In this document: positions 33,843 through 43,267 of the stretch, piece after piece
Layout: each line of letters opens with the position of its first letter
Position numbering within the stretch: the first letter of the stretch is position 1
IMG/VR virus record: IMGVR_UViG_3300025789_000018
Length of the DNA: 64,000 nucleotides
From: a virus
Lineage: Duplodnaviria; Caudoviricetes
Direction: 5' to 3' (one strand)
Translations under genes and position numbers: made by a program
The notes under the pieces: generated by a model
The model's input: only the letters and a program-made list of their open reading frames with translations
Database searches by the model: none
What the model was told of the DNA's origin: nothing

Positions 33843-34853
33843 TTACAACTTACAAGAATCGCAATCAACCTCAGCTTCGTCAACCATACTTATGGGTAAT
33901 GGCTTATCTTCCATTTCTCCAGCACCATCATTAGTGTTGAAGTAGTATAAAGTCTTACCACCATATTTATAGTGCATAAGGATATGCCCAAGGATTTCAG
34001 ACATGGGAATTTTATTATCAGGATAATGTGTTGGATTATATGATGTGTTGACCGATATGGCCTGATCAATAAACTTCTGCAACACAGCCATGATCTTCAG
34101 ATAGCCTTCGGGTGATTTCTGGTCCCATAGCAATTCGTATTTATTCTTTAGTGTACGGATACCAGGTACGACCTGCTTTAGTACACCATCCTTAGACTGC
34201 TTAATTGATACAAGCGCGCGAGGTGGTTCAATACCATTTGTTGAATTACTTATCTGAGCTGATGTCTCTGCTGGCATGAGTGCCATTAGAGTAGAGTTAC
34301 GAATACCAACCGTAGCTGCACGAAGAGCAAGACTGTCCCAATCCATCTTATAGTTTGGTTGAACTAGTTCATCGACTTCCTTCTTGTATGTATCAATAGG
34401 CATGATTCCACCTGAGTAAAGCGTATCAGTATGCTTAGGACATGGATCTACTTCTTCTGCCAAGTCGACCGAGGCTTTGATAAGATAATAACTCCATGCT
34501 TCAGCATACTCATGCACAAGATCGAGATCTGGATCAGAGTAACTGCTATCATTACGAGCCAGCCAATAAGCAAAATTAATGATGCCGATGCCAAGAGGAC
34601 GACGGTTGCGAGTACCAATAGCAGCGGCTCTAACAGGATAGTCTTGATAATCCAGTAGGGCATCCAGAGCGCGTACAGCAATGGTGCATGGCTTTTCGAA
34701 GTCAGCTGGCTTTCTAATCTTTCCCCAATTGATCGCACTTAACGTACACAACGATATTTCTGATTTACAATCAGATTCGAAAACTTCTGTAACATAAACA
34801 TGTTCCTTATCTTTAGTGTCGATACTGTCGACAATTTCATATTTAAAATCCAT
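33843..34853 (-). CDS. nrdA: ribonucleotide reductase alpha subunit, C-terminal fragment (NrdA-b) with novel N-terminal tail
   Basis: About 31-aa non-RNR tail then EISLCTLSAINWG, RRPLGIG, RNSTLMALMPAETS, KTLYY, C-terminal CDSCKL. Confidence 0.93.
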   Translation of the reverse strand: MDFKYEIVDSIDTKDKEHVYVTEVFESDCKSEISLCTLSAINWGKIRKPADFEKPCTIAVRALDALLDYQDYPVRAAAIGTRNRRPLGIGIINFAYWLARNDSSYSDPDLDLVHEYAEAWSYYLIKASVDLAEEVDPCPKHTDTLYSGGIMPIDTYKKEVDELVQPNYKMDWDSLALRAATVGIRNSTLMALMPAETSAQISNSTNGIEPPRALVSIKQSKDGVLKQVVPGIRTLKNKYELLWDQKSPEGYLKIMAVLQKFIDQAISVNTSYNPTHYPDNKIPMSEILGHILMHYKYGGKTLYYFNTNDGAGEMEDKPLPISMVDEAEVDCDSCKL

Positions 34854-35448
34854 TTTGTTTCCTTAAATGCTTTGCTAGATTCCCCAGATCCCATTCACGG
34901 CGGCAGCACACACAACAGGCTTTCTTTCCTTGTAAGTGTTTCGTGCCATTGGGCTGTTTTTTAAGATTATACTTACCGCGTTTCTTTCCTAATTTTGCTA
35001 ACCGCATCTTTTCTTTAGTTTCATCTGACGCCTTGACAACACCGACTAAACCTTTATTCCAGGCTTTTTGACCCATATGACCTAAAGAATTGTTGATTCT
35101 ATGTTCCGTCGATTGCGGACCTATCTTTCTACCTTTAGTTTTTATACTCATGGCGGCATAATCTCTAAAAGCAGACGTATCTCCACCACTTCCATTTTCT
35201 TCAATAAAATTAGCCCAGTTAGGAGAATTAACCACATCCCATAATTTGGAATAGTATAACCCTTGTTCTTTTATTTCTAATATATCATCAGATTGAAATA
35301 GAATCTCTGTCTCAATATCTTTACCATATTTGTTCAGTTCTCTTTTCCATCTCTTCCCTGAACCCAGGTATTCGAACGGATTTTGTTCTGTCTTACCAAG
35401 ATATTTAAGTCCAGTAACTTTATGCGTTTTAACATATAGTGTAATCAT
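34843..35448 (-). mobile_element. GIY-YIG homing endonuclease splitting nrdA
   Basis: LYVKTH..TGLKYLGKT...Y.GSG..W; NUMOD-like GQKAWNKGL and ETKEKMR.AKLGK. Confidence 0.88.
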
Positions 35449-35476
35449 AGTAGTGTTCTCCTCACTACTATTTATA
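35448..35476 (-). promoter_or_regulatory. late promoter overlapping an RBS/start-sequestering hairpin
   Basis: TATAAA-TAGTAGTG-AGGAGAA-CACTACTA-TG: 8-bp stem, SD in the loop, A of ATG in the stem. Confidence 0.8.
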
Positions 35477-35478
35477 CT

Positions 35479-36933
35479 TTATCTGCTTTTAATTGGGGTG
35501 TTTAGATTATTTTTCTTCCATTCAAGATATTTTTGATACTCTTCTTTAGTCATTTTCATTGTTTTGACTACTGGGGCACCATCATTAATATCCTTTAAAG
35601 GTGTGGTGGGAAGTGTAATTTCCGCGCAGAGATTGCTCATCTTGATCAATGCCTTCTTTTTGTCAAATGAACCATGATCATTGGCATGGTCAACATTCAT
35701 CAGATAGATTCGTCCTGTATCTTTTCGCTCCTGAGCGAAGGCGCTGAATAGATCAATTGCAGGGATGCTTTTCTTTCTGATCTTTCCATTTCGTTCATAC
35801 TTCTCGTAAAGAGTACGGAACTTCTCAACATCAGAAAAGAATGCCTGGTAGAGATCCGGGCAGTCATGAGGTGAAAAGAGGGTGATATTACCTCCAGAAA
35901 GAAGTCTTTCATACATTACCTTATTAAACTGCACGCCATAATCAAGATGACGAACTCGGTTATCTTCAGTACCCTTATTGTTCTTAAGTACCAGAAGATC
36001 TTCTACTTCTAGATGCCAAATGGGATAATAGAGAGTAGCTGCCCCACCCCGAACCCCACCTTGGCTGCAGGATTTAACAGATGATTGCCAAAGACGATAA
36101 TAAGGAACAACGCCAGTAGTAATAACAGAACCATTACGAACAGGGCTATTAACGGCACGAAGACTGCCGCCGCCAATACCAATACCAGCTTTGTTAGCAA
36201 CGTATCTACCGATAGCCGTAGCACTAGCAAAAATCGAGTTAAGCGAGTCATCCGATTCGATGAGAACGCAGGAAGAGAATTGGCGGTCTGGAGTACGGAC
36301 ACCAGCCATAATAGGAGTAGGAAGGCTAATGTCGAATAGAGATAATGCATCATAAAGTTCCTTTACCCACTTAGTGCGGTCTGTTTTATAGTTCTGAAAA
36401 AGAGTCATGGCAATCAACATGAACGCCATCTGAGGCGTTTCATAAAACTGGCCAGTTTCTCTCGATTTTACTAGATACTTTCCACGAAACTGCTCCATTG
36501 CAGCATAGGTAAGAAGATTGTCTCGAGTATGATCAATGTATTTTCCAAGGTCAATCCATTCTTCATGACTATATGCAGTGTTTAGCTGCGGATCATAATA
36601 TCCAGCGCGCATAACAGCATCATAATGCATTAGTAGTGAATTTGGCTCATACTGACCATAAACTTGCTTACGAAGATTATAGTTGATTAGGCGACCAGCA
36701 ACGTATTGGTAATTAGGAGCGTCTTCATCAATAAGATCAGCAGCAGCCTTAATAAGAGTTTCCTGAATATCAGAAGTCTTAATTCCATTATAAAACTGAA
36801 TATGCGTCTTAATTTCAAGATCTGAAACAGAAACACCAGCCAAACCTTCACACGCAAATTCAGCTACTTTATGGAACTTATTAAGATCTAGCGTCTCTTT
36901 AGTTCCATCGCGCTTAATCACAAAAATCGTCAT
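35479..36933 (-). CDS. nrdA: ribonucleotide reductase alpha subunit, N-terminal fragment (NrdA-a) with novel C-terminal tail
   Basis: ATP cone VIKRDG, PTPIMAGVRT, QFSSCVL, QGGVRGG, SNLCAEITLPT, then about 33-aa non-RNR tail and stop. Confidence 0.95.
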   Translation of the reverse strand: MTIFVIKRDGTKETLDLNKFHKVAEFACEGLAGVSVSDLEIKTHIQFYNGIKTSDIQETLIKAAADLIDEDAPNYQYVAGRLINYNLRKQVYGQYEPNSLLMHYDAVMRAGYYDPQLNTAYSHEEWIDLGKYIDHTRDNLLTYAAMEQFRGKYLVKSRETGQFYETPQMAFMLIAMTLFQNYKTDRTKWVKELYDALSLFDISLPTPIMAGVRTPDRQFSSCVLIESDDSLNSIFASATAIGRYVANKAGIGIGGGSLRAVNSPVRNGSVITTGVVPYYRLWQSSVKSCSQGGVRGGAATLYYPIWHLEVEDLLVLKNNKGTEDNRVRHLDYGVQFNKVMYERLLSGGNITLFSPHDCPDLYQAFFSDVEKFRTLYEKYERNGKIRKKSIPAIDLFSAFAQERKDTGRIYLMNVDHANDHGSFDKKKALIKMSNLCAEITLPTTPLKDINDGAPVVKTMKMTKEEYQKYLEWKKNNLNTPIKSR

Positions 36934-37096
36934 CAGTAACCCTTCTGTATAATTTATCAACTTTTTGTTCTAGCTTATTTATTCTAGCTAGAAGGTGCGG
37001 AACACAACTATGAACCTGATACTCACCATCTTTGATCTCTTGGTTGCAGAGAGAACAACTTATTTTACTCTCTGTATAAATGAAGTCACGAATCAT
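36914..37096 (-). CDS. hypothetical protein
   Basis: 60-aa ORF with CxxC. Confidence 0.5.
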   Translation of the reverse strand: MIRDFIYTESKISCSLCNQEIKDGEYQVHSCVPHLLARINKLEQKVDKLYRRVTDDDFCD

Positions 37097-37772
37097 TCTT
37101 CAATGCCTCAATAATAGCAGGGAAGCGTTCACCAATGATTTCCCAGCACTGTTCTGCTACGATACGATGTTCCTTCTGTGTTGCTTTGTCCATGCGAATC
37201 TGACAGTAGTGAACCCAAGAGCGAAGCGAACCAGACATAATAAGCACAGATTCCATCATACCCTCCGGCAGTACTCCTCTTGCAACTTCCTTAGCAACAC
37301 CATTTTCGATTGCCCATTTATAGGATTTCAATGCTGCCCTTTTGACAATATCTTGCGCATCGTCCCATAATGCTTCCAGATAAATATCATCTACATCAAC
37401 ACTATTCTGACGGTTCTTTGGATCCTGCAAACGCGCTTCACGAGTAACGAACTTCAAGTCCTTAGTGGGATCAGCATAACGCTGGCTATACTCTTGAAAC
37501 GAGAACGAACGATGACGAAGAATCTGTCGGGCAATGTCGCGTGTGGTCTTAATCTCCATTGAGATATGGACCATTTCAAGGGGTGACCAATGCTGATTTG
37601 TGATCAGATACTTGAGCAGCTTTGGTGCAGTCTGTGTGTTGTTCTGGTTTGATGGATTCGATACACGGGCACACCATGCCACTAGTTCGGATGCATCTGT
37701 ACAACCAGTATACTCATAATCAGGCTGAGTAATGCCTACAAGATTAACACTGCTCATAATCATCACTTTCAT
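37086..37772 (-). CDS. thyX: FAD-dependent thymidylate synthase
   Basis: HWSPLE, IARQILRHRSFSFQEYSQRY, E.AR.VLP, GSLRSW.HY. Confidence 0.95.
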   Translation of the reverse strand: MKVMIMSSVNLVGITQPDYEYTGCTDASELVAWCARVSNPSNQNNTQTAPKLLKYLITNQHWSPLEMVHISMEIKTTRDIARQILRHRSFSFQEYSQRYADPTKDLKFVTREARLQDPKNRQNSVDVDDIYLEALWDDAQDIVKRAALKSYKWAIENGVAKEVARGVLPEGMMESVLIMSGSLRSWVHYCQIRMDKATQKEHRIVAEQCWEIIGERFPAIIEALKNDS

Positions 37773-38073
37773 AAAAATCAGAAACTGGAGGATTTACACT
37801 AATATAACTCACATCACCAATATCTACAGTTGTGCTAGAGTTACCCAATGCAGTAAAGGTAAAGGTGTGTTCACGATCATTTCTGTAGTCTTTATATTTC
37901 TTCAAGGCTACAGAGAAATCTTCATATGTAGTTCGAGCACTTGCTTCATCTTCAAAAAGAAACTTATTTGGTCCTGTCATATACTTGATATGCATTAGAA
38001 GTGACCAGTGCTTATGTTCTTTCAGAATAGATTTTAAATGTAGTGCATCATATTCATCTTTAGTCATGTTCAT
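37744..38073 (-). CDS. hypothetical protein
   Basis: ORF track, coupled. Confidence 0.55.
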   Translation of the reverse strand: MNMTKDEYDALHLKSILKEHKHWSLLMHIKYMTGPNKFLFEDEASARTTYEDFSVALKKYKDYRNDREHTFTFTALGNSSTTVDIGDVSYISVNPPVSDFYESDDYEQC

Positions 38074-38434
38074 TTAACTCCTTAATCATAGCAATTGCGT
38101 TTTCATATAGTTCTACATCTTCTTTTAGGTGACGGACTTCCCATTCCTCTTCTTTAGTCATCGGGATTGCACCCCAAGAGCCATCATCCTGAAGTCCAGT
38201 ACGGCGCTCAAGACACATTATTGTATCTTTCTTGAGCATTACATGACCGTCAATACGAGAAACTAAGTTATTGACAGGGTCTTTCAACCACTCATGTAAT
38301 CTGTTGAGTTCACCTGCAATTTCTTCCGCAGTTGGCTTTTTATCTGTCAAGCCAAGTTCATAGGCCGTGGTCACACCTATACGAGAGATATTATTATCTT
38401 CACGGTACTGCTTCAACTTTTCAATTTCACTCAT
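38060..38434 (-). CDS. hypothetical protein
   Basis: ORF track, coupled. Confidence 0.6.
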   Translation of the reverse strand: MSEIEKLKQYREDNNISRIGVTTAYELGLTDKKPTAEEIAGELNRLHEWLKDPVNNLVSRIDGHVMLKKDTIMCLERRTGLQDDGSWGAIPMTKEEEWEVRHLKEDVELYENAIAMIKELNEHD

Positions 38435-38819
38435 AAAAAGAATCCAATGTTGATAATGTAAGTTGCAGATGATATGGCTTCTTTTGTCGGATCATCTCAT
38501 CAATCATATTTCGAGTACCGTTAGACTTACCATCCCAGATAATGACTGCCGCATCTGCATATTCTGCCATCGCTTTATTTCTAGCAGCGCCGGCTCTCTT
38601 TCCGTATTTATTCCAATCTGCAGGCATTGATGTTACAGGAATACTTCTAGTTGTAGCCCATTGTTCACCAAGTTGATCTACACCAATTGCCGTACCGCTT
38701 ACAAGTTCAGTTATAAAGAAACCGCATGAATTGATAGCCTTTAGAACAAGTTCATAGTCATCAAAGATTGATTTGGCTTCAGGATCTTTATATCTGTTAC
38801 CTGCAACAATAACTTTCAT
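38427..38819 (-). CDS. SLOG/YspA-like (DUF2493) protein
   Basis: MKVIVAG.R, VSG.A.GVD.LGE.WA, ADW.KYGK.AG..RN..MA, WDGKS.GT..MI. Confidence 0.85.
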   Translation of the reverse strand: MKVIVAGNRYKDPEAKSIFDDYELVLKAINSCGFFITELVSGTAIGVDQLGEQWATTRSIPVTSMPADWNKYGKRAGAARNKAMAEYADAAVIIWDGKSNGTRNMIDEMIRQKKPYHLQLTLSTLDSFYE

Positions 38820-38820
38820 A

Positions 38821-39297
38821 TCAATCTGCCTTTGCTGGTGTAAAGTCTGTATCAAGTGGTTCGATGTGTGTCTTGGTAAAGACAATAGGAACCGAAGGTA
38901 GTTCTTCTGGTACAGCAGTATTACCATAGTCATAACTGACTGTAATATGTGGATTAAAGTCTGGATAGTCGTGAGTAGCACCAAATTGTGCTCTAATAGA
39001 ATTATGATGTTCTACAAGCTCTGGACAATCAATCAAAGCAACCAGACAGTTCTTGAAGATTTCCCACTTGGATATTGTACCGGTCAGTGGCAGATCAAGC
39101 TTATAGTCCTTAACATCAGGAACACCCTTACGACTATAAATGATTGTGGTGTGATACTGCTTGGGATCAGTTGCATTGGGAATATTATGTGTGGCAACCC
39201 AAGCAGCTAGATCTTTCTGAGTTTTAGTAGATACATTAGCACACATGTAAGTGCCACCAGCATGATTCTTCACTTTTAACTTCTCCAAGAAAAGCAT
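38821..39297 (-). CDS. acb1: T4 gp57B / Acb1-like 2H phosphodiesterase (anti-CBASS)
   Basis: HTTIIYSRK and GATHDYPDFNPHITVSY versus T4 57B HSTICYSR and GATHDFDDYTPHITLSY; C-terminal EPL. Confidence 0.85.
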   Translation of the reverse strand: MLFLEKLKVKNHAGGTYMCANVSTKTQKDLAAWVATHNIPNATDPKQYHTTIIYSRKGVPDVKDYKLDLPLTGTISKWEIFKNCLVALIDCPELVEHHNSIRAQFGATHDYPDFNPHITVSYDYGNTAVPEELPSVPIVFTKTHIEPLDTDFTPAKAD

Positions 39298-39407
39298 ACG
39301 TTTACGAAATGTCATCATATAATGTGTTTTATTCTTTATTTCCACACATCACTCATAAAGTTCACATTCAAAGTCTGTCTTGCACATGAAACCAGTCATT
39401 TTTTCAC

Positions 39408-40430
39408 TCATACTTTTCTCCATTCAGCCAGCTTCATTCGAGCCATCAATCCATTATATGTATTCGCATTAATAATGGCCTGGAGATCCTCGTTCTCATA
39501 TCCGGCAAGGATCATATCGTTGATATCTTTCTCGTGAACATTGCTGGGCCATATGCATACATTATACCCTTTTTCAATGTTCTTGTCAAGCAATTTTACA
39601 ATCTCTTTATTACGCGGCTCATTGTCCAGCACAATAGTAAAATCAGGAAAGCTAGGCAATGAAACATCAGAACCGGCCATAGCTACACTATTGCTTATGA
39701 ACATAGAGTCAATCGGTCCTTCGAAAACGAAAACCTTTTTGCTTTTGTTGACAGTATCTAACCCATAGATTTTGGTCTTGTCTTTACGCAACATGATACT
39801 AATATATCGAACAGCATCATTCTTCTTCAAAGACCTACCTTGATACCCAAAGAAATTCTTATCTTCATCAAAGAACGGAATAACCAGTCGTGGCTCATCC
39901 CCCTGCTCTAGATTAAACTTATTAGGAATCATGGTGTTCGTCCATGCTTTAAACTTAGGAGCATAGAACATCTTTGAATGGTAGTAATTGGGAATCTTCC
40001 TACTAACCACATACTGCTTGACAGGATGATCCCACTTCAGCTGAGAAATCTTCTTCAGCTTAGAAAGCGGCTCACCCTTACGCAAATGATCAGGAAAAGA
40101 AAATTCTAGATTTTCAGTCTTTTTCTCAACCTTCTTGACTTCACCATCATTAAGGAAACGTTCTTTGACGTATTCATTATGAAGATCAGGATTGACTGTC
40201 TTAAGAAAGAATGGGAAAGTCATTCCCGCACCACAGTTGTGGCAGCGAAATCGCAGCTTGTCTTTGTTTTGGTAGATGTAGCCACGAGCCTTTGATGCAT
40301 TCTTTGTCGAGTCGCCACAGATTGGGCAACGACAATTGGCCAAGTAAGGCTCGTTCGCCTTTACCTTGAACCTTTTAAGACTTGATGAGAGTAGGTTGGC
40401 GTACTTGACGTCCATCCATGTATGATACAT
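39408..40430 (-). CDS. 61: DNA primase (gp61)
   Basis: NCRCPICGDS..KARGY..FRCHNCG, PRLVIPF, GYQGR, FEGPIDSMF, DNEPRN, KDIND. Confidence 0.95.
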   Translation of the reverse strand: MYHTWMDVKYANLLSSSLKRFKVKANEPYLANCRCPICGDSTKNASKARGYIYQNKDKLRFRCHNCGAGMTFPFFLKTVNPDLHNEYVKERFLNDGEVKKVEKKTENLEFSFPDHLRKGEPLSKLKKISQLKWDHPVKQYVVSRKIPNYYHSKMFYAPKFKAWTNTMIPNKFNLEQGDEPRLVIPFFDEDKNFFGYQGRSLKKNDAVRYISIMLRKDKTKIYGLDTVNKSKKVFVFEGPIDSMFISNSVAMAGSDVSLPSFPDFTIVLDNEPRNKEIVKLLDKNIEKGYNVCIWPSNVHEKDINDMILAGYENEDLQAIINANTYNGLMARMKLAEWRKV

Positions 40431-40499
40431 AAGCGTTATCCATTATCAAAACCACATTAGTGATTATACCACAACAAGCAAAAATAGCAAGTTCTTTTT

Positions 40500-40826
40500 T
40501 TAATGAATAAGTCGCATTCCAAAAGTTATAGCAGTCATGATGATAACACTAATAACAGCAGAGATCCCGCTCAATTTCCACTTCCAGCTTTCAAGATCAG
40601 CGATTCTTTCTATGATCTCATCAAACATTTCTTTATTATATTCTTTAGTTTCCATGTTAGAAGTTTCAATGTGTTCAATTTTAACTTCATGAACAGCAAT
40701 CATTTTCTCTAAAGACACACTAACATCAGTAAGTTTTTCAATAGATGTGTCAATTCTATCGCAAAGATTAGCAATCTGATCAATATCTCTTTCTATTAGA
40801 GAAATTTTAGTATCTAATCCAGTCAT
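40500..40826 (-). CDS. coiled-coil protein with C-terminal TM helix (possible holin-like)
   Basis: IxxLExWKW followed by a hydrophobic tail; adjacent to the spanins. Confidence 0.6.
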   Translation of the reverse strand: MTGLDTKISLIERDIDQIANLCDRIDTSIEKLTDVSVSLEKMIAVHEVKIEHIETSNMETKEYNKEMFDEIIERIADLESWKWKLSGISAVISVIIMTAITFGMRLIH

Positions 40827-41083
40827 TATTTTGCCTTACAGAATTTATTGATGTGATTGATTAGTGCGTTTTTATCTAGAATAACAGAATTTAGTCTCTG
40901 GTCATCAGTCAGCCAATATTGTAAAATTTGCTGTTCTGTTAGAGTAGTTTCTTTTATTGGTGGAACAGGCTGCTCCAATACCATAATAGAACTAGGAGGA
41001 TTACAAGAAACCGTAACGATAGGTGCGGGTGTAGCAACACATCCAGCAAGCAATAAAGAAAATACAATACTCAGTTTTTTCAT
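40826..41083 (-). CDS. o-spanin-like lipoprotein
   Basis: Lipobox LLAGC, Pro-rich; directly follows the i-spanin candidate. Confidence 0.7.
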   Translation of the reverse strand: MKKLSIVFSLLLAGCVATPAPIVTVSCNPPSSIMVLEQPVPPIKETTLTEQQILQYWLTDDQRLNSVILDKNALINHINKFCKAK

Positions 41084-41424
41084 TTCTTAGTTCCACTTCT
41101 AGCAATATTTATCTGAGAAATGACATCCTCATGAATATCGCAGTTGGCATTTACAGGAACTTTTTTGATGATTGTGTGCACAACATCATTTGTTACGACT
41201 TGTATTTTATTCTTTTGGTCTTTAAGCTGAGCAATTTGTACTTCATCATCATCGTATTGTTTCTTCAAATTATCATATTTTATCTTTTCAGCATTATATT
41301 CAGACTTATTGATACTTGCTGAGCATTGTTTCTCTGCTGCGTAGAATCCAGCAAAGAATATTGCTACTAAGAAAAGGATAAAGACGAGGAATTTAATTAA
41401 TTGCCCTAGAGCATCACTGATCAT
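41080..41424 (-). CDS. i-spanin-like protein
   Basis: N-terminal TM, coiled coil, C-terminal C...IN.AR. Confidence 0.7.
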   Translation of the reverse strand: MISDALGQLIKFLVFILFLVAIFFAGFYAAEKQCSASINKSEYNAEKIKYDNLKKQYDDDEVQIAQLKDQKNKIQVVTNDVVHTIIKKVPVNANCDIHEDVISQINIARSGTKK

Positions 41425-41798
41425 TTTAACATACCTCTAAAACTTTTAAGAAGAGCTGCTTGACTTTCAGCACCCTTTTTCTGTTTACGCTTTTGCATAT
41501 CACTAAACACAGGAACAATCTTTTGCGGATTATCGCCACCACCAGCTACATTACCTGCAGAATTAGCAGGAGCAGCAGCTGCAGCACCATCTTCAGCGAC
41601 GATGGGTTTAGACTTCTTTGTGAGATTATCAGGAGGTCTTTTAAACTTTTTCTTTGGTGAAGCTACATCATAATCTTTTGGTGCGCTAGGGTAGCCTCCA
41701 GGAGCAGTAGGACCATCAGCAGCGCCGTTGCCGCCGTATCCACCATAGTCGCCTGTATTATAGTCATATGCTTCTAAGAAGTCTTTATAACTTTTCAT
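41421..41798 (-). CDS. probable capsid-internal protein
   Basis: MKSYKDFLE resembles the T4 capsid-targeting sequence MKT(Y/F)xEFIxE. Confidence 0.55.
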   Translation of the reverse strand: MKSYKDFLEAYDYNTGDYGGYGGNGAADGPTAPGGYPSAPKDYDVASPKKKFKRPPDNLTKKSKPIVAEDGAAAAAPANSAGNVAGGGDNPQKIVPVFSDMQKRKQKKGAESQAALLKSFRGMLK

Positions 41799-42007
41799 GG
41801 TAACATGTCCAATAGTTGTTTTGTTTTAGAGTCTATTGCGCGAACTCTATTGTTTTTAAATTTCTTCTTAGCATCTTGCATATGACGAAGAATGTATAGC
41901 GGCTGATTAATGGAAACTGTAATAGTTTTCCAAGTTCCAGCTATATCCTGAAACTGAATTTCAGCATTTCCTGCTGCCTCAATCATGAATTGTTTTAGAG
42001 TCTTCAT
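41795..42007 (-). CDS. probable capsid-internal protein
   Basis: MKTLKQFMIE CTS-like start. Confidence 0.55.
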   Translation of the reverse strand: MKTLKQFMIEAAGNAEIQFQDIAGTWKTITVSINQPLYILRHMQDAKKKFKNNRVRAIDSKTKQLLDMLP

Positions 42008-42399
42008 TAAATGGCCCCCAGGATTAGTTTAATATATTGATCAGATTCTATGTCTTTACTATAAAATGTTTCATTCTTCACACCAATGTTTCTTATCGCT
42101 TCCGGCATAATACCAAGTAATTCAAGAAATGGCTTTAATTGTTCATGTCTATTTTTAATTTTAAGAAACAACATCCGAGCAGTCGGTTCTGCTCCAAACA
42201 AATTATACAGTACAATAATATGGTTCAAAATAAGACGCTCTTTAATTTCGCCTGTTTCAACATACTGATTAAGTAATCTTTTTATATAATTAAACTTCTT
42301 CAAGTCATCATAAAATTCTATTGTGTCATAACACGCATGATTATCATAATGTTTTGCAGCATAAAGAAGAATATTAGACTCGTCAAGTTTTTCAATCAT
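42007..42399 (-). CDS. conserved T4-like hypothetical protein
   Basis: LYAAKHYDN...EFYDDLK...YIKRLL..Y...G...ERLILNHII.LYN.FG. Confidence 0.8.
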   Translation of the reverse strand: MIEKLDESNILLYAAKHYDNHACYDTIEFYDDLKKFNYIKRLLNQYVETGEIKERLILNHIIVLYNLFGAEPTARMLFLKIKNRHEQLKPFLELLGIMPEAIRNIGVKNETFYSKDIESDQYIKLILGAI

Positions 42400-42418
42400 T
42401 TAAGTAATCAATCATAAA

Positions 42419-42817
42419 TTAAGATGCAGTATATCCTTGAGCATTCACATAGACATTACCAGGAACAGAGGTCACAAGCTGAAAGTTCAGCGCATTACCC
42501 AACGAACTGCGTAGAGGAGTAGGCAATTCATACAGAACACCAGTCATTGCTTGTGTTCCCAAACGTCCACGAAAAATTACGGTAGAAGCACCGTCTGTGA
42601 TAGTGAATTCAGTAACATCACCAGTAACATCTTTATCAATAAGAAGAGCGGTAAGGTAGTTTTTTTGGTTTGTAGTTCCTGCAACCAAAACAATAGGAGA
42701 TGTGCTGTTGTTAATACCGCCGCTGGCTGCAGCATATGTCCAATCTAGAGCGCCAGTAGAATAAGGCTTAACAACTTCAACACCATCTGGTGTTGTTACG
42801 CCGGGGAAATATGCCAT
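42419..42817 (-). CDS. probable structural protein
   Basis: Beta-rich G/T/S composition, late block. Confidence 0.6.
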   Translation of the reverse strand: MAYFPGVTTPDGVEVVKPYSTGALDWTYAAASGGINNSTSPIVLVAGTTNQKNYLTALLIDKDVTGDVTEFTITDGASTVIFRGRLGTQAMTGVLYELPTPLRSSLGNALNFQLVTSVPGNVYVNAQGYTAS

Positions 42818-42833
42818 TAAAACAGTTCCTTAA

Positions 42834-43253
42834 TTAAAGAATAAACCAACTAGAAGCATTTGAAACAAGTCCAACAGCGGAATACAATGTACTGATTACC
42901 AACGACGAGTTACCGTCGATTTTGTCAGAACCTGTTGTATTGATTGTTACAGTTTGGCCAATATTCTTAACCTGAATAGGAAGATATGGCATACTGCTTG
43001 ATGCTGGTAATGTTATTGTCGAATTTGCTGCGAGAATGATAAAATCGGTATTAGTAACACTATAAGATGTGCTATTAATATTCTTTACTGATACTACTCT
43101 GGGGATAGTCGAAGTATAAGTTGCAATGGTAATTGCATTCACGCCATTAGTTACAGGAGTAGTGTATAACCCTTGGCTTACAGGGAGAACATCGGAATTG
43201 CTCAACCCTGTAGCCGGAGTTAACCCAGATATTTTTACTGGACTGGTAGTCAT
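42834..43253 (-). CDS. probable structural (tail/baseplate-associated) protein
   Basis: VKISGL start; TITLP..S....IQVKN...VTI.T.GSDKIDG motif. Confidence 0.6.
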   Translation of the reverse strand: MTTSPVKISGLTPATGLSNSDVLPVSQGLYTTPVTNGVNAITIATYTSTIPRVVSVKNINSTSYSVTNTDFIILAANSTITLPASSSMPYLPIQVKNIGQTVTINTTGSDKIDGNSSLVISTLYSAVGLVSNASSWFIL

Positions 43254-43267
43254 ATTCTAATTACCCC

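Noticed and set aside
34760-35580. Split intein in the NrdA tails
   Set aside because: The N-tail does not begin with Cys/Ser and the C-tail lacks the terminal His-Asn, although the VxSI…HVY stretch loosely resembles an F-block
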